A stretch of DNA of 37,256 nucleotides from Octopus bimaculoides (GCF_001194135.2 NC_068985.1:24203209-24240464), one strand, 5' to 3'. Positions 24,656 through 36,139 are shown, counted from the first letter of the stretch. The notes: generated from the sequence alone by a model not told the origin. Made by a program: numbers and translations.

Positions 24656-24940
24656 GCACACACACAAGCATACACACATATATACATATACATACATATA
24701 TATTTCTACACACACACAAACACACACACATAAACACACACATATATACACGCACAGAAGCGCGCACACACACACACGCATATATACATACATATATATT
24801 TATACACACACAAACACACGCATACATACGTATATGTACACGCACAGAAACACACACACATATATACATATACATACATATATATTTATGCACACACACA
24901 AACACACACACACACATATACACAAACATATATATTCGGG
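24470..24940. repeat. Compound (CA)n/(TA)n low-complexity array with longer internal repeats
   Basis: acacacacacgcatatatacatacatatatatttatacacacacaaacacac occurs near 24508 and 24768. Confidence 0.9.
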
Positions 24941-25747
24941 AATATGCACATCCATATATCGTTCTCAGAATCCCAAAATAACAATAATCGACGTATATTT
25001 AATGTAACTGTACAGGCAAAGTCATCTTGGTTTTTGATGTGATTGTTAAACAAAATATTCGCTATGTTTAAGCTCACTCATTGTATTATGAAGGTTCCTT
25101 GGACTTTTATTCCAAAGAAATTTCTTTTCATGTCGTCTGATGCTACTCTTCGTTCTCGACTGTTGCTGTTGTTGTTGTTTGTTGTTGTTCTCTTCGCCAT
25201 TATCGTTTCTTAGTTATCGTTGTTTGCTATTGTTGTTGTCATTGTCGTTAATGTCAACGCCACGAACGCTTACGAATTTTATAGGACAGTTTTAAAAAAG
25301 GTCGGCTGTAAAATCAGTCGAAGTCACTCTTTTATTTTATTTTATTTTATTTTTGTTCTTCATTTGTCTGTTGGGAACTTAACGAGTTCCTTAGATCTTC
25401 GTAATTGAAGGTAGGAACAGTAAGGACGTCAGACATTCCCTTTCATCTGGAAATCTCTCAAAAAGCATCTTGTATGTAGAAATTCTTTTCTTCTGGTACA
25501 CATCTCAAGCCATCGCTGTTTTAGTTATCTAGCGTCTTTATCTTTCATCTTAGAAATTCTTTAATTCTTTGATATACTTCTAATTCTCTTACATTATATT
25601 TGTCATTTGCTTGATTCTTTCTATCTCTATGTCTATCTGCCTGTCTGACTATTCATCTACCTGTCTTCATCGCTACACAAACACTTATGAATGTATTTAC
25701 GCACGCACACACGCACACACGCATGTTTATATGATATTACATATGTG

Positions 25748-25825
<78 letters not shown>

Positions 25826-25864
25826 CACCACACAAATACACACACACAACACATATACATATGT

Positions 25865-26000
25865 ATGACAGGTTACCACACAGTTTCCCTTTACGAAAGT
25901 CACAACGCATTGATTGGCCCAGGGATATAGTAGAAGATACTTGCCCAAAATGCTGCTCAGCAGGACTGAACCTGAAACCACATGGTCACAAAACGAGTTT
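25865..26000 (-). mobile_element. CORE-type SINE
   Basis: Reverse complement reads tcaggttcagtcctgctgagcagcattttgggcaagtatcttctactatatccctgggccaatcaatgcgttgtgac...gaaactgtg. Confidence 0.75.
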
Positions 26001-26109
26001 GTTAAAAATTTACCTGAGCCTTCATTGCATTGAGGTCAACTTATATTAAAATTCAGAACTGGTAATATAGTGCTTTACATAGTGTGTACTCCTTAAAGTT
26101 GGTAAACAA

Positions 26110-26190
26110 ATTTCTCGTCTCAAGTTGTGTCTTTGAGCAAGAAAATATCTTTCACGTTACTCCTGTCTATTCATCTGTAAATAACTATCA
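26110..26190 (+). mobile_element. CORE-domain SINE remnant
   Basis: gtgtctttgagcaagaaaatatctttcacgttactcctgtctattcatctgtaaat resembles the CORE motif gtgtccttgagcaagacact...gttgctccagtccactcagctgtaaat. Confidence 0.55.
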
Positions 26191-27084
26191 ACCGGCTAAT
26201 GGTGCAGCTCTCCTTCCAATTGCCATATCCTGAATGTGTTGCTGGATCGAGGGAAAAGGGTCCGAAGAATATTTATGTCTGCTCAAGACTGCATAGGTAC
26301 TTAATAACAATAGATTTGCGAGTGAAGGCTGGCTATATATAACTGAGAAAATGCGTTTTAGTTGCATTAATAGAGTAATGATACAGAGCATCTTTCTAAA
26401 AGATATAAATTGTTGGTCAATGAGTCTACTAAAACGCTAATGGCTTTGAGATGTAGTTTATGATATTTAGACTAGCCTATCAGAAGCGCAGTTCTATATT
26501 TGGAAGCAATATTCTCTTGTGAGTATCACCTAATTTTGTAGCGCCTTAATTTATTTATTTGCGTCAGATTTTACCCAGGATGAATTCAGCTGTTTTCAAC
26601 CGGTGAATCTTACAGAAATCAACCTTGCCTTAGCAACACAGACGTCCATCTTGGAGATTATTAACCAGTTACGATTTCAACAGTGAACATCATACACATG
26701 ACTTCCAGATATCGATTTGGAATTTGATGTAATCATACTAATCTTCACAAGTAACTGTCTGCGATGACATTTACGCCGTCCTGCGAAAGGTTTTCACTCA
26801 AGTACATCGCATACGAGTTTTCTCTGCGGAGAACGGAATTTGAAGTAGATTGTGGTCCATAAAAGAAAGCTAGTTTTGGGACGCAGGTTTTGCTATATTG
26901 TGAAAAATAGATTATTAGTATTCGTAGCTAGTTGGTGGGTTTTTTTTTCCTGTATACAGTTAAAGACTAGAGAAAATTAGTTTTCCTGGTACGCGGTGAC
27001 GCATTTTTGTGTTGTTGAAGGCGACACGATTATCTAATTTCTCAAACATATAATTGTTTTAAAGTTTGACCTAAGGTGAGCTAT

Positions 27085-27220
27085 TTTAGGGGAAGTGGGG
27101 GTTAGTCGTTCACATTGATTTTAGTGTTCAACTGGTGCATATTTTATCGAACCCGAAAGGATGAAAGGTAAAGCCAACTTCGATGGGATTTAAACTCAGA
27201 ACATAAAGAGCCAGAAAAAT
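27085..27220 (-). mobile_element. Meta-type SINE
   Basis: ttttatcgaacccgaaaggatgaaaggtaaagccaacttcgatgggatttaaactcagaacataaagagcc. Confidence 0.8.
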
Positions 27221-27874
27221 AATATCATTTGCCTTTACATTTGAATTGCAATGTGCTAGCTCATTGTGTTTGTAAGTAATGTGGTATATCCGTCATTTAC
27301 TAAAATATATTTTCATATTTATCATACAAAATTTATCATCAGACAGAGAATATAATCGAATATGGTGATATTTCAATTTTAAAATATCAGCCATTTTTAC
27401 GAGTCCATATTTCTTTGTTATATGCATTTATATACTGATTTCGTAGAGAGTGACGAGGCACTGGGTTTTTAGAAATTCATTATGTCACCGATTTTTTTTT
27501 TAAAGTTATAACATCACTTTCTACACTGGATCTGTACTTTCCAAAAGCTATTTTTTACCTACGATAACGGCACCGAGTTCAACATTGTCGTTTGCTTTGT
27601 TTACTTCGTTGAATAACGACTAATATTATTATCATCTCATTTTGTCAAAGATTCAATTTCACTTAAACATATAATATTTAGTTGGACGCCTGCGTTACTG
27701 TATTCTTCTGCGTCATTAGCTACGAACACCATATCTTATGACATCCTTTATAGCCCAATGTGTTTTCCTCACATGTTTAGGAGGAGGCTGTTCTTCCTGG
27801 ACTAATTCAACAGCGGTAGGTCTTCACACGTCCGGGTGTGATTAAGCGTACTATGACTTTACACGAATATCTAC

Positions 27875-27909
<35 letters not shown>

Positions 27910-28166
27910 NNNNNNNNNNNNNNNNNNNNNNNNNNNNNNNNNNNNNNNNNNNNNNNNNNNNNNNNNNNNNNNNNNNNNNNNNNNNNNNNNNNNNNNNNNN
28001 NNNNNNNNNNNNNNNNNNNNNNNNNNNNNNNNNNNNNNNNNNNNNNNNNNNNNNNNNNNNNNNNNNNNNNNNNNNNNNNNNNNNNNNNNNNNNNNNNNNN
28101 NNNNNNNNNNNNNNNNNNNNNNNNNNNNNNNNNNNNNNNNNNNNNNNNNNNNNNNNNNNNNNNNNN

Positions 28167-28458
28167 GCAATCTCAGGGGATTAAGGTACATTTTAAAAAT
28201 AACGTCGACCACTAACGTGGACAATTAATGCGCTAGAAATAGATCACATTTTGTGTCTATTAAGACCTAAAAAGTTCTCAACATGAAATATAGCAGCATA
28301 CCAAAAACGTGAGCGGGCAAGACATTTAAAATCACATAAAAAAATCATTATTAAACAGGAACCAGGTTTCGGATTTAACAAATTCTTACCATTTGTCTAT
28401 TCCTCATCAGCCTGATTTGTAATGTAGCAGTAATTTTCAGAATCCTATACATAGTTGC

Positions 28459-28460
<2 letters not shown>
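28167..28460 (-). mobile_element. Probable Penelope-like element terminal repeat (pLTR) fragment
   Basis: Contains a minimal hammerhead of the PLE type, followed on the minus strand by a T-rich tract; starts at a (TA)n run and ends at a gap. No RT or GIY-YIG ORF is visible. Confidence 0.6.
28356..28414 (-). ncRNA. Type I hammerhead ribozyme (minimal, PLE-type)
   Basis: Minus strand CAGG-CUGAUGA-GGAauaGACAAAUgguaagaAUUUGUUaaaUCC-GAAA-CCUGG-U-U-CCUG. Stem I CAGG/CCUG, intact core CUGAUGA and GAAA, stem II GGA/UCC plus a 7-bp extension, near-palindromic stem III ACCUGGU, predicted GUU cleavage between 28360 and 28359. Confidence 0.8.
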
Positions 28461-28502
<42 letters not shown>

Positions 28503-29556
28503 GCACACATATCTGCGTATATATACGTATTATTTGTATCTATATGTATGTATACTTATATAGATACACATTTGTATGTACGTGTTGTGTCACTATGCAT
28601 GCAACCATGAAGACCTGTATGAGTATCACTGAGCAGCTAGCTATGTATGCGTGCATGTGTGTATCCATGTGTGTTATCCGTGTGTGTATGCCAGCGTGCG
28701 TATTTCAGTGTGTGTATGCGCATGCATCCTTGGAGGGAAGCATTACTCAAGATGTGCGTCTGCACGCATAAATATGGATGGCTGCGCTGACGTCAGAAAA
28801 TATATACGGCTAAAACCAAGCAGAAATTTTGTCGTTGCTTAATGAAGTCGTGTCCCAGGGCTGTTCGCTTAAATTGAGGTAATTCTTTGCTTGATTACTG
28901 AAAAAAAAAACAAAAAAAAAACAAAGAAATTTTTGAAAAATCTTATTTTTATTTCGTAAAGCAGACATAACCATTCGCCCTTTCTTAAAAATATGCCCCA
29001 CCATCCCTGAAAAAATAAATGAATAACAATTGGGCTAAACATTCTAATTAAGCATCCTCGTTTGGTCTTGGTTCTCTTTCTACGCTACTTCGGTGTTTTT
29101 TTTAATATTTTTTTTTTGTTTTGTTTTTGCATATTTCTTTTCGTAAATTATTTTGTATAGTTTTAGCCTCTTTTGCATATATTTGTCATCGTTCTCCTGT
29201 TATATGTGCGAGTGTGAGTGTGTGTATCTGTGTGTGTATGTATGCACACGTATACATATATATGCATGTATTTATATCTATCTATCTATCTATCTATCTA
29301 TCTACTTATACGCACACACACACACACACACACACACAGATGTATGTAGAAACTNNNNNNNNNNNNNNNNNNNNNNNNNNNNNNNNNNNNNNNNNNNNNN
29401 NNNNNNNNNNNNNNNNNNNNNNNNNNNNNNNNNNNNNNNNNNNNNNNNNNNNNNNNNNNNNNNNNNNNNNNNNNNNNNNNNNNNNNNNNNNNNNNNNNNN
29501 NNNNNNNNNNNNNNNNNNNNNNNNNNNNNNNNNNNNNNNNNNNNNNNNNNNNNNNN

Positions 29557-29587
<31 letters not shown>

Positions 29588-29643
29588 TAGATATTTGCAT
29601 ATATCTGTATGTTTATATAGATCTGTCTATATATACACATACA

Positions 29644-29678
<35 letters not shown>

Positions 29679-29882
29679 CCTCTGCATGTGTGTGTGTGCG
29701 CGCGCGCGCCCAGTTTCTCTGAAGGTAGAACAACCTTAGGATTGTTGAACAACAGTTCAACGTAATCAGTTGTAGTTTTACGAATTTTTCTTTTCCTTTA
29801 AAAATTTAAATTTCGTTATATTCATCTCAATCTGTTCCGTTCTCGTAACAAAACAGAGATTCCGTCATTAGCCGTCACCATC

Positions 29883-30060
29883 CTTCTTCTTCTTCTTCTT
29901 CTTCTTCTTCTTCTTCTTCTTCTTCTTCTTCTTCTTCTTCTTCTTCTTCTTCTTCTTCTTCTTCTTCTTCTTCTTCTTCTTCTTCTTCTTCTTCTTCTTC
30001 TTCTTCTTCTTCTTCTTCTTCTTCTTCTTCTTCTTCTTCTTCTTCTTCTTCTTCTTCTTC
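29883..30060. repeat. (TTC)n, about 59 units
   Basis: Directly visible perfect run. Confidence 0.98.
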
Positions 30061-30494
30061 TCTCTCCTCCTTTTCCTTTACATTTCTGACTCCGCTTGCT
30101 ATGTTCTTAGTCCCTATCGAGGTTGGTGTTGCAACGGAGATCGAACGCATAGTTCTGTTTTGCTTTCTTCTATCTTCCAGTTGAGAACCTTCCATAAAAA
30201 ACGGTCTCTTGAAGACTTTGGATCTACTACGAAATGTCCACCGAACGCATCCTACGATTAAAACAAGAGGATTAACCTATTCCAATCATGACATCAGGAA
30301 AATGATCAGCCTGGCTGCGGCGAATAGAGCACAGCACTTTATCGTCTTCTGAAGTCTTTGCTGAATAGCAAATATATAAGTTTTTAGAGGCACAGCTATG
30401 GAAAATAGCCTTACAGAAATGACTAAAGGTGCTAACACAGTTGATGTAATAGACCAAGGAATTTTGTCTCATTAAAATCAAATTCTAGTTGGAG

Positions 30495-30630
30495 TCTTGT
30501 GGATTTATAGTGGAACAAATGGGCTGTCCATCATAAGTTTGTAGGTTCGATTCTCTCCGAGAGTCTCGTTTTGTCGGTCCTTGGGTAAATTCCTGTACCT
30601 CAGGGTATCACGGTTTACTCAACCGGAAAC
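30495..30630 (+). mobile_element. Degenerate tRNA/CORE-type SINE
   Basis: B-box-like gtaggttcgattctc followed by CORE-like gtccttgggtaaattcctgtacctc...ggtttactcaacc. Confidence 0.55.
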
Positions 30631-31165
30631 ATACTTTACACGCACTTCGGAATTCCGGACGTAGATCCAACGACGGACGCACAGTTGCGCTGATGATGCC
30701 TGGTAGCCATAAGTGGTGAGAGTGCTTGTAGGTACACTACCCTAAAACAAGGTTTGAACACTGCATTTAACCCCTCCTTTCTAAACTTTAATTCTTTAAT
30801 TAACTTTTATATATATCTATATATCTATATAACTATATATATATATATATATATATNNNNNNNNNNNNNNNNNNNNNNNNNNNNNNNNNNNNNNNNNNNN
30901 NNNNNNNNNNNNNNNNNNNNNNNNNNNNNNNNNNNNNNNNNNNNNNNNNNNNNNNNNNNNNNNNNNNNNNNNNNNNNNNNNNNNNNNNNNNNNNNNNNNN
31001 NNNNNNNNNNNNNNNNNNNNNNNNNNNNNNNNNNNNNNNNNNNNNNNNNNNNNNNNNNNNNNNNNNNNNNNNNNNNNNNNNNNNNNNNNNNNNNNNNNNN
31101 NNNNNNNNNNNNNNNNNNNNNNNNNNNNNNNNNNNNNNNNNNNNNNNNNNNNNNNNNNNNNNNNN

Positions 31166-32386
31166 AATTCCATTTTAAAATCATTTTGGAATCTAGTTTC
31201 TTTTATTTTTTTCTAGTTAATTTTTGTTAATTTTTGTTTATTTTCAGATCATTAAAATGGAATGTCAAGTTAAGAAAAACGTGCATTTTCGACACCTCCT
31301 TTTTGCTTTTAATCAAGGTTTTAAGGCCGCAAAATCTGCTCGTGACATTTGTGTTGTGTATGGAGAGGGTGCCATAGCTGAAAGAACCGCTCGTGATTGG
31401 TATGCCAAGTTCAAAAATGGAAATTTTGACCCCAAAGACGCACCTCGTTCTGGCCGTCCAGTTGAGTTCGATAAAAAGCGATTAAACCAACTTTTGCACA
31501 AAAATTATCGTCAAGCAAGGGAACTGGCAGAGAAAATAGAATGCTCCCACACTGATATAGAGAGGTATTTTCACTCGATGGGAAAGGTTCAGAAGTATGG
31601 AGCGTGGGTTCCGCATGCTTTAAGTGACAACAACAAAAATCAATGAGCCACAATTTCCGCTGGTTTGCTTGCTCGTCACCGCTCAACTCGTGGACACAAG
31701 CAACGATTTCTTTACCGAATCGTTACTGGCAACGAAAAATGGTGCCTGTACATCAGTATGAAGCAGCGTAGGGAATGGCTTAGCCCTGGTAAACAAGCGA
31801 CACCGCGCGTGAAACAAGATTTTCATCCGCGTAAAACGATGTTGTGCGTATCGTGGGACTGGGAAGGAATTATCCATTACGAATTACTTGAACGGAACCA
31901 AACGGTCAACGTGGAACTCTATTTTCAACAGATAGAACGTCTCAACACTCAATACGGCTATTCAAGAGAAAAGACCTAATTGGCAGCATGGAGTTCTTCT
32001 GCTGCACGACAACGCCCGCCCTCATATTGCCAATATGACCAAGGAAGCCATTCAAACGCATGGCTGGGAAGTGTTGCCACAACCACCGTACTCTCCTGAT
32101 TTGGTACCAACCGATTTCCACCTACCTCTTTCGATCTCTTTCAAAAGCTATGCACGGAATTTCGTTCAATACTGATGCAGAATTGAGAGCTTGGTTGGAT
32201 CAATTTTTCGAGTCGAAATCGGGTGATTTCTACCAACGAGGTATTGAAAATCTTGTCGAACTTTGAGAAGAAGTTGTAAACAACAAGGCTGAATACATTA
32301 TTGATTAATTAGTTGTTGTTTTTTATTAAAGCTTTTAAAAAAATTTAATCTAAAAAAACGGCGAGAACTTAGTTGCCAACCCAATA
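31166..32386 (+). mobile_element. Tc1/mariner DNA transposon (mariner D,D34D); left end lost in a gap
   Basis: Transposase pseudogene plus right TIR ...gagaacttagttgccaacccaa followed by TA; a (TA)n run precedes the left gap and TATAT precedes the right gap. Confidence 0.95.
31257..32308 (+). pseudogene. Mariner transposase pseudogene
   Basis: MECQVKKNVHFRHLL...PRSGRP...WVPHALS...IVTGNEKW (first catalytic D changed to N at 31731-33)...HDNARPH-...-PPYSPDLVPTD (34 residues between D2 and D3)...FYQRGI. Stop at 31644-46; frameshifts at about 31941-54 and 32120-27. Confidence 0.95.
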
Positions 32387-33066
32387 TATNNNNNNNNNNN
32401 NNNNNNNNNNNNNNNNNNNNNNNNNNNNNNNNNNNNNNNNNNNNNNNNNNNNNNNNNNNNNNNNNNNNNNNNNNNNNNNNNNNNNNNNNNNNNNNNNNNN
32501 NNNNNNNNNNNNNNNNNNNNNNNNNNNNNNNNNNNNNNNNNNNNNNNNNNNNNNNNNNNNNNNNNNNNNNNNNNNNNNNNNNNNNNNNNNNNNNNNNNNN
32601 NNNNNNNNNNNNNNNNNNNNNNNNNNNNNNNNNNNNNNNNNNNNNNNNNNNNNNNNNNNNNNNNNNNNNNNNNNNNNNNNNNNNNNNNNNNNNNNNNNNN
32701 NNNNNNNNNNNNNNNNNNNNNNNNNNNNNNNNNNNNNNNNNNNNNNNNNNNNNNNNNNNNNNNNNNNNNNNNNNNNNNNNNNNNNNNNNNNNNNNNNNNN
32801 NNNNNNNNNNNNNNNNNNNNNNNNNNNNNNNNNNNNNNNNNNNNNNNNNNNNNNNNNNNNNNNNNNNNNNNNNNNNNNNNNNNNNNNNNNNNNNNNNNNN
32901 NNNNNNNNNNNNNNNNNNNNNNNNNNNNNNNNNNNNNNNNNNNNNNNNNNNNNNNNNNNNNNNNNNNNNNNNNNNNNNNNNNNNNNNNNNNNNNNNNNNN
33001 NNNNNNNNNNNNNNNNNNNNNNNNNNNNNNNNNNNNNNNNNNNNNNNNNNNNNNNNNNNNNNNNNN

Positions 33067-33500
33067 CACGCTGGTGCTATTTTCGTGCCACCGGCACGGA
33101 AGCCAGACAGCTGCTCTGGCAACGATCGCGCTCGGATGGTGCTCTTAGTGCTCCACTGGTACAGGTGCCATCACGATTGCGCTTTCGCTTGTCCCAACAG
33201 GTCTTTGCAAGCCGAGTTTAGTGTTCCTACAAATTTAGTTCGATTTCGATTTCACTTGCCTCACCATGTCTTCGCAAGTGGAGTTTAGTGTCCAATGAAG
33301 GAATGTTACGCGTAAGTGGGCTGGCTACATCCCTGGCAGAGGCCTTGGATTTTGGTCTCTTTTGGCGTGCCGGGTCTTCTCACGCACAGCATATTTCCAA
33401 AGGTCACGGTCACAAGTCATTGCTTTGGTGAGGCCTAATGTTCGGAGGTCGTGCTTTACCACCTCATCCCAGGTCTTCCTAGGCCTTCATAGGCCTGGCC
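33067..33500 (-). mobile_element. RTE-clade LINE 3' end followed by RTE/Ceph-type repeat sequence
   Basis: Minus translation RPRKTWDEVVKHDLRTLGLTKAMTCDRDLWKYAVREKTR (RTE C-terminal GRPxxxW motif); 3' UTR ends cttgcgaagac...gcaagtgaaatcgaaatcgaa; then ccgtgccggtggcacgaaaatagcacc. Confidence 0.8.
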
Positions 33501-33519
33501 ATTTTTTTTTTTCAAATAA

Positions 33520-33950
33520 ACACACGCACTATATATTCGTTCTTCATTCGTTTATTACTCTTCTTGTTCTAACTTATTTCCATTGTCCGGAAATCTTTCA
33601 CCACACATCTGTGACCTCTTCGGTGTCACTTTCCGTCTTCGCCTGTGCTCTTTCTCTGCTTAACACAAATTCAAAAACATATACATATGTAAGTAATATT
33701 CGTAGCCACTTTAACATGGCAGTTCGTTCGAGAGGACACTACTGCGATTTTTTAACCCCAAGAGGACAACTCCTCCAGCTGGTTAACGATGCACAGCAGC
33801 ATCCGATAAAACTGCGAGCAGGGGAGCGAACTCCTACTATCTCCTAGAGGCAGGACCGGTAGACTAGTCCTGGATTGGGGCTATTTCTGCCACTCTTCAG
33901 TACTGGACACCTCGTCTGCTAGAGATGACAGCAGCTCGCCTCTGCACGCA
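33520..33950 (-). mobile_element. Probable Penelope-like repeat fragment with a degenerate hammerhead
   Basis: Minus strand 33585-33630 reads gtgaca-CCGAAGA-ggucacagaugugUGGU-GAAA-gauuuc-cggaca, a CUGANGA/GAAA layout with a mutated core; abuts (TATC)n/(TA)n. Confidence 0.5.
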
Positions 33951-34045
<95 letters not shown>

Positions 34046-34896
34046 NNNNNNNNNNNNNNNNNNNNNNNNNNNNNNNNNNNNNNNNNNNNNNNNNNNNNNN
34101 NNNNNNNNNNNNNNNNNNNNNNNNNNNNNNNNNNNNNNNNNNNNNNNNNNNNNNNNNNNNNNNNNNNNNNNNNNNNNNNNNNNNNNNNNNNNNNNNNNNN
34201 NNNNNNNNNNNNNNNNNNNNNNNNNNNNNNNNNNNNNNNNNNNNNNNNNNNNNNNNNNNNNNNNNNNNNNNNNNNNNNNNNNNNNNNNNNNNNNNNNNNN
34301 NNNNNNNNNNNNNNNNNNNNNNNNNNNNNNNNNNNNNNNNNNNNNNNNNNNNNNNNNNNNNNNNNNNNNNNNNNNNNNNNNNNNNNNNNNNNNNNNNNNN
34401 NNNNNNNNNNNNNNNNNNNNNNNNNNNNNNNNNNNNNNNNNNNNNNNNNNNNNNNNNNNNNNNNNNNNNNNNNNNNNNNNNNNNNNNNNNNNNNNNNNNN
34501 NNNNNNNNNNNNNNNNNNNNNNNNNNNNNNNNNNNNNNNNNNNNNNNNNNNNNNNNNNNNNNNNNNNNNNNNNNNNNNNNNNNNNNNNNNNNNNNNNNNN
34601 NNNNNNNNNNNNNNNNNNNNNNNNNNNNNNNNNNNNNNNNNNNNNNNNNNNNNNNNNNNNNNNNNNNNNNNNNNNNNNNNNNNNNNNNNNNNNNNNNNNN
34701 NNNNNNNNNNNNNNNNNNNNNNNNNNNNNNNNNNNNNNNNNNNNNNNNNNNNNNNNNNNNNNNNNNNNNNNNNNNNNNNNNNNNNNNNNTTTAGTGCAGT
34801 GTTCTTCTGATTCTGTGGCTGCACGGTTTTAATAAATTCTTCTGAGAGACTAAAAATAAATGACCAATGCATTGTTATGTTACAAATATATCATCC

Positions 34897-35630
34897 GCAG
34901 CCACAATAACAGCAACAGCTGTATTGTAGCAGTAACAACAATACCGCAGCAGTAGCAGTAACATCAGCAACAACAATAGCAGTAGTGCCAGCAGTAGGAA
35001 TGCAGCAACGATGGCATAGACTAGCAACAGCAGCTGTAGCAATATAGAAAACCAAAGAAGCAGCATCAAAACAGCAGAGGCGGTAACAACAGTAGTATAC
35101 CAGCAGTAGGATAGCAGCAGTATTGGCAATATAGGAACCTTTGCAGGAATAGTAGCCAGAACAGTAGTAAAAGAGCCACAGCACTAATAACAGCAGGAGC
35201 AATAGTAACAAGACTATCAGTAAGAGCACAATAGAAGCAGGATAGCAGTCGATAAACAGCAACGACTGCAGCAGGATAGCAGTCGATAAACAGTAACGAC
35301 TGCAGCAGGATAGCAGCAACGGCATCGGAAATATCATCAACAACGGCGTAGTAACTGCAATGACAGCTGTATAACTTCAACAACATTAGCAGCAGACTGA
35401 CAGAGGGAATAACAAAACAACAACAACAACAACAACAACAGCATTCGTATAAAAGCAGCAGGAACAGTAGAGCAGGAGGACAGCAGCAGTATCGGCTAGA
35501 AAGCGGCTACGGCAGCAGCAGTAAGATTACTGCAATAACAGCAGCAGGATAGCTGCAATAACAGACGTATAGAAGCAGTTGTAGCAGTAGGATAGGAGTA
35601 ACAGCAGCAGCAGGCCGATAGAAGTAACAA
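34897..35630. repeat. Cryptic CAG/TAG/AAC low-complexity tract containing a 34-bp tandem repeat at 35237-35316
   Basis: Unit gcaggatagcagtcgataaacag(c/t)aacgactgca, two copies plus a partial third. Confidence 0.85.
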
Positions 35631-35640
35631 CAAAATTGAC

Positions 35641-35682
35641 GAAATTGTTAAATCATTGAATGAAATTGTTAAATCATTGAAC
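35641..35682. repeat. 21-bp tandem duplication
   Basis: gaaattgttaaatcattgaa(t/c), two copies. Confidence 0.95.
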
Positions 35683-35816
35683 GGCTGTATATGGTGGCGT
35701 TGGGTTTTATCAGAATTGGCAAAATGTCTAAATATCAAATAGCGTTAACTCTGTCAACTAGTCAGCAAATTAAACAATGTATACATATGTTATTTAACTC
35801 CAACTAGTGCTTGATC

Positions 35817-35884
35817 CAGCCGGTTGATAACCTAAATCAACCCGGCTGTTGCTAACCTAAATCAACCCGGCTGTTGCTAACCTA
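35817..35884. repeat. Hairpin plus 25-bp tandem repeat
   Basis: cagccggttgat (35817-28) / atcaacccggctg (35836-48) inverted repeat; unit taacctaaatcaacccggctgttgc, about 2.3 copies (35828-35884). Confidence 0.9.
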
Positions 35885-36139
35885 TAATTTTAGGAAGAGG
35901 GTTGCAACATTATTTAACGTGTCCTAATGTTGATAGAGACGGTAGCATGTGATTTGAGTAAGAATTAGTTACTATATTTAGCAGTTGGAGTGACTGTTTA
36001 GAGGATCCATCATTGTCACAGGGTAGATGCATTTCACTGTTATAGTTGATAGATAAACAGTATAAGTGGATAACGTTCCATTGGCAGGGAATGCAAACTG
36101 TCATACGTTAGAATGTGCCAGAACGAGTGTTCCCTGTAT

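Noticed and set aside
26066-26233. 5' extension of a stop-poor reading frame
   Set aside because: It overlaps a CORE-SINE remnant, so its openness is incidental.
28787-28796. Perfect CRE palindrome TGACGTCA
   Set aside because: A single 8-mer is expected by chance at this scale, and there is no promoter or gene context.
29875-30195. Poly-glutamate ORF on the minus strand
   Set aside because: Produced by a perfect (GAA)n microsatellite; no splice or homology support. The adjacent sequence might be a LINE tail, but I cannot support that.
30680-30740. CTGATGA at about 30690 as a hammerhead
   Set aside because: A 4-bp hairpin precedes it, but there is no correctly placed GAAA (only GAGA), no UH site and no stem III.
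34875-35738. Possible poly-Q or poly-L/A protein
   Set aside because: The plus strand is riddled with TAG/TAA stops; the minus ORFs are low-complexity by-products.
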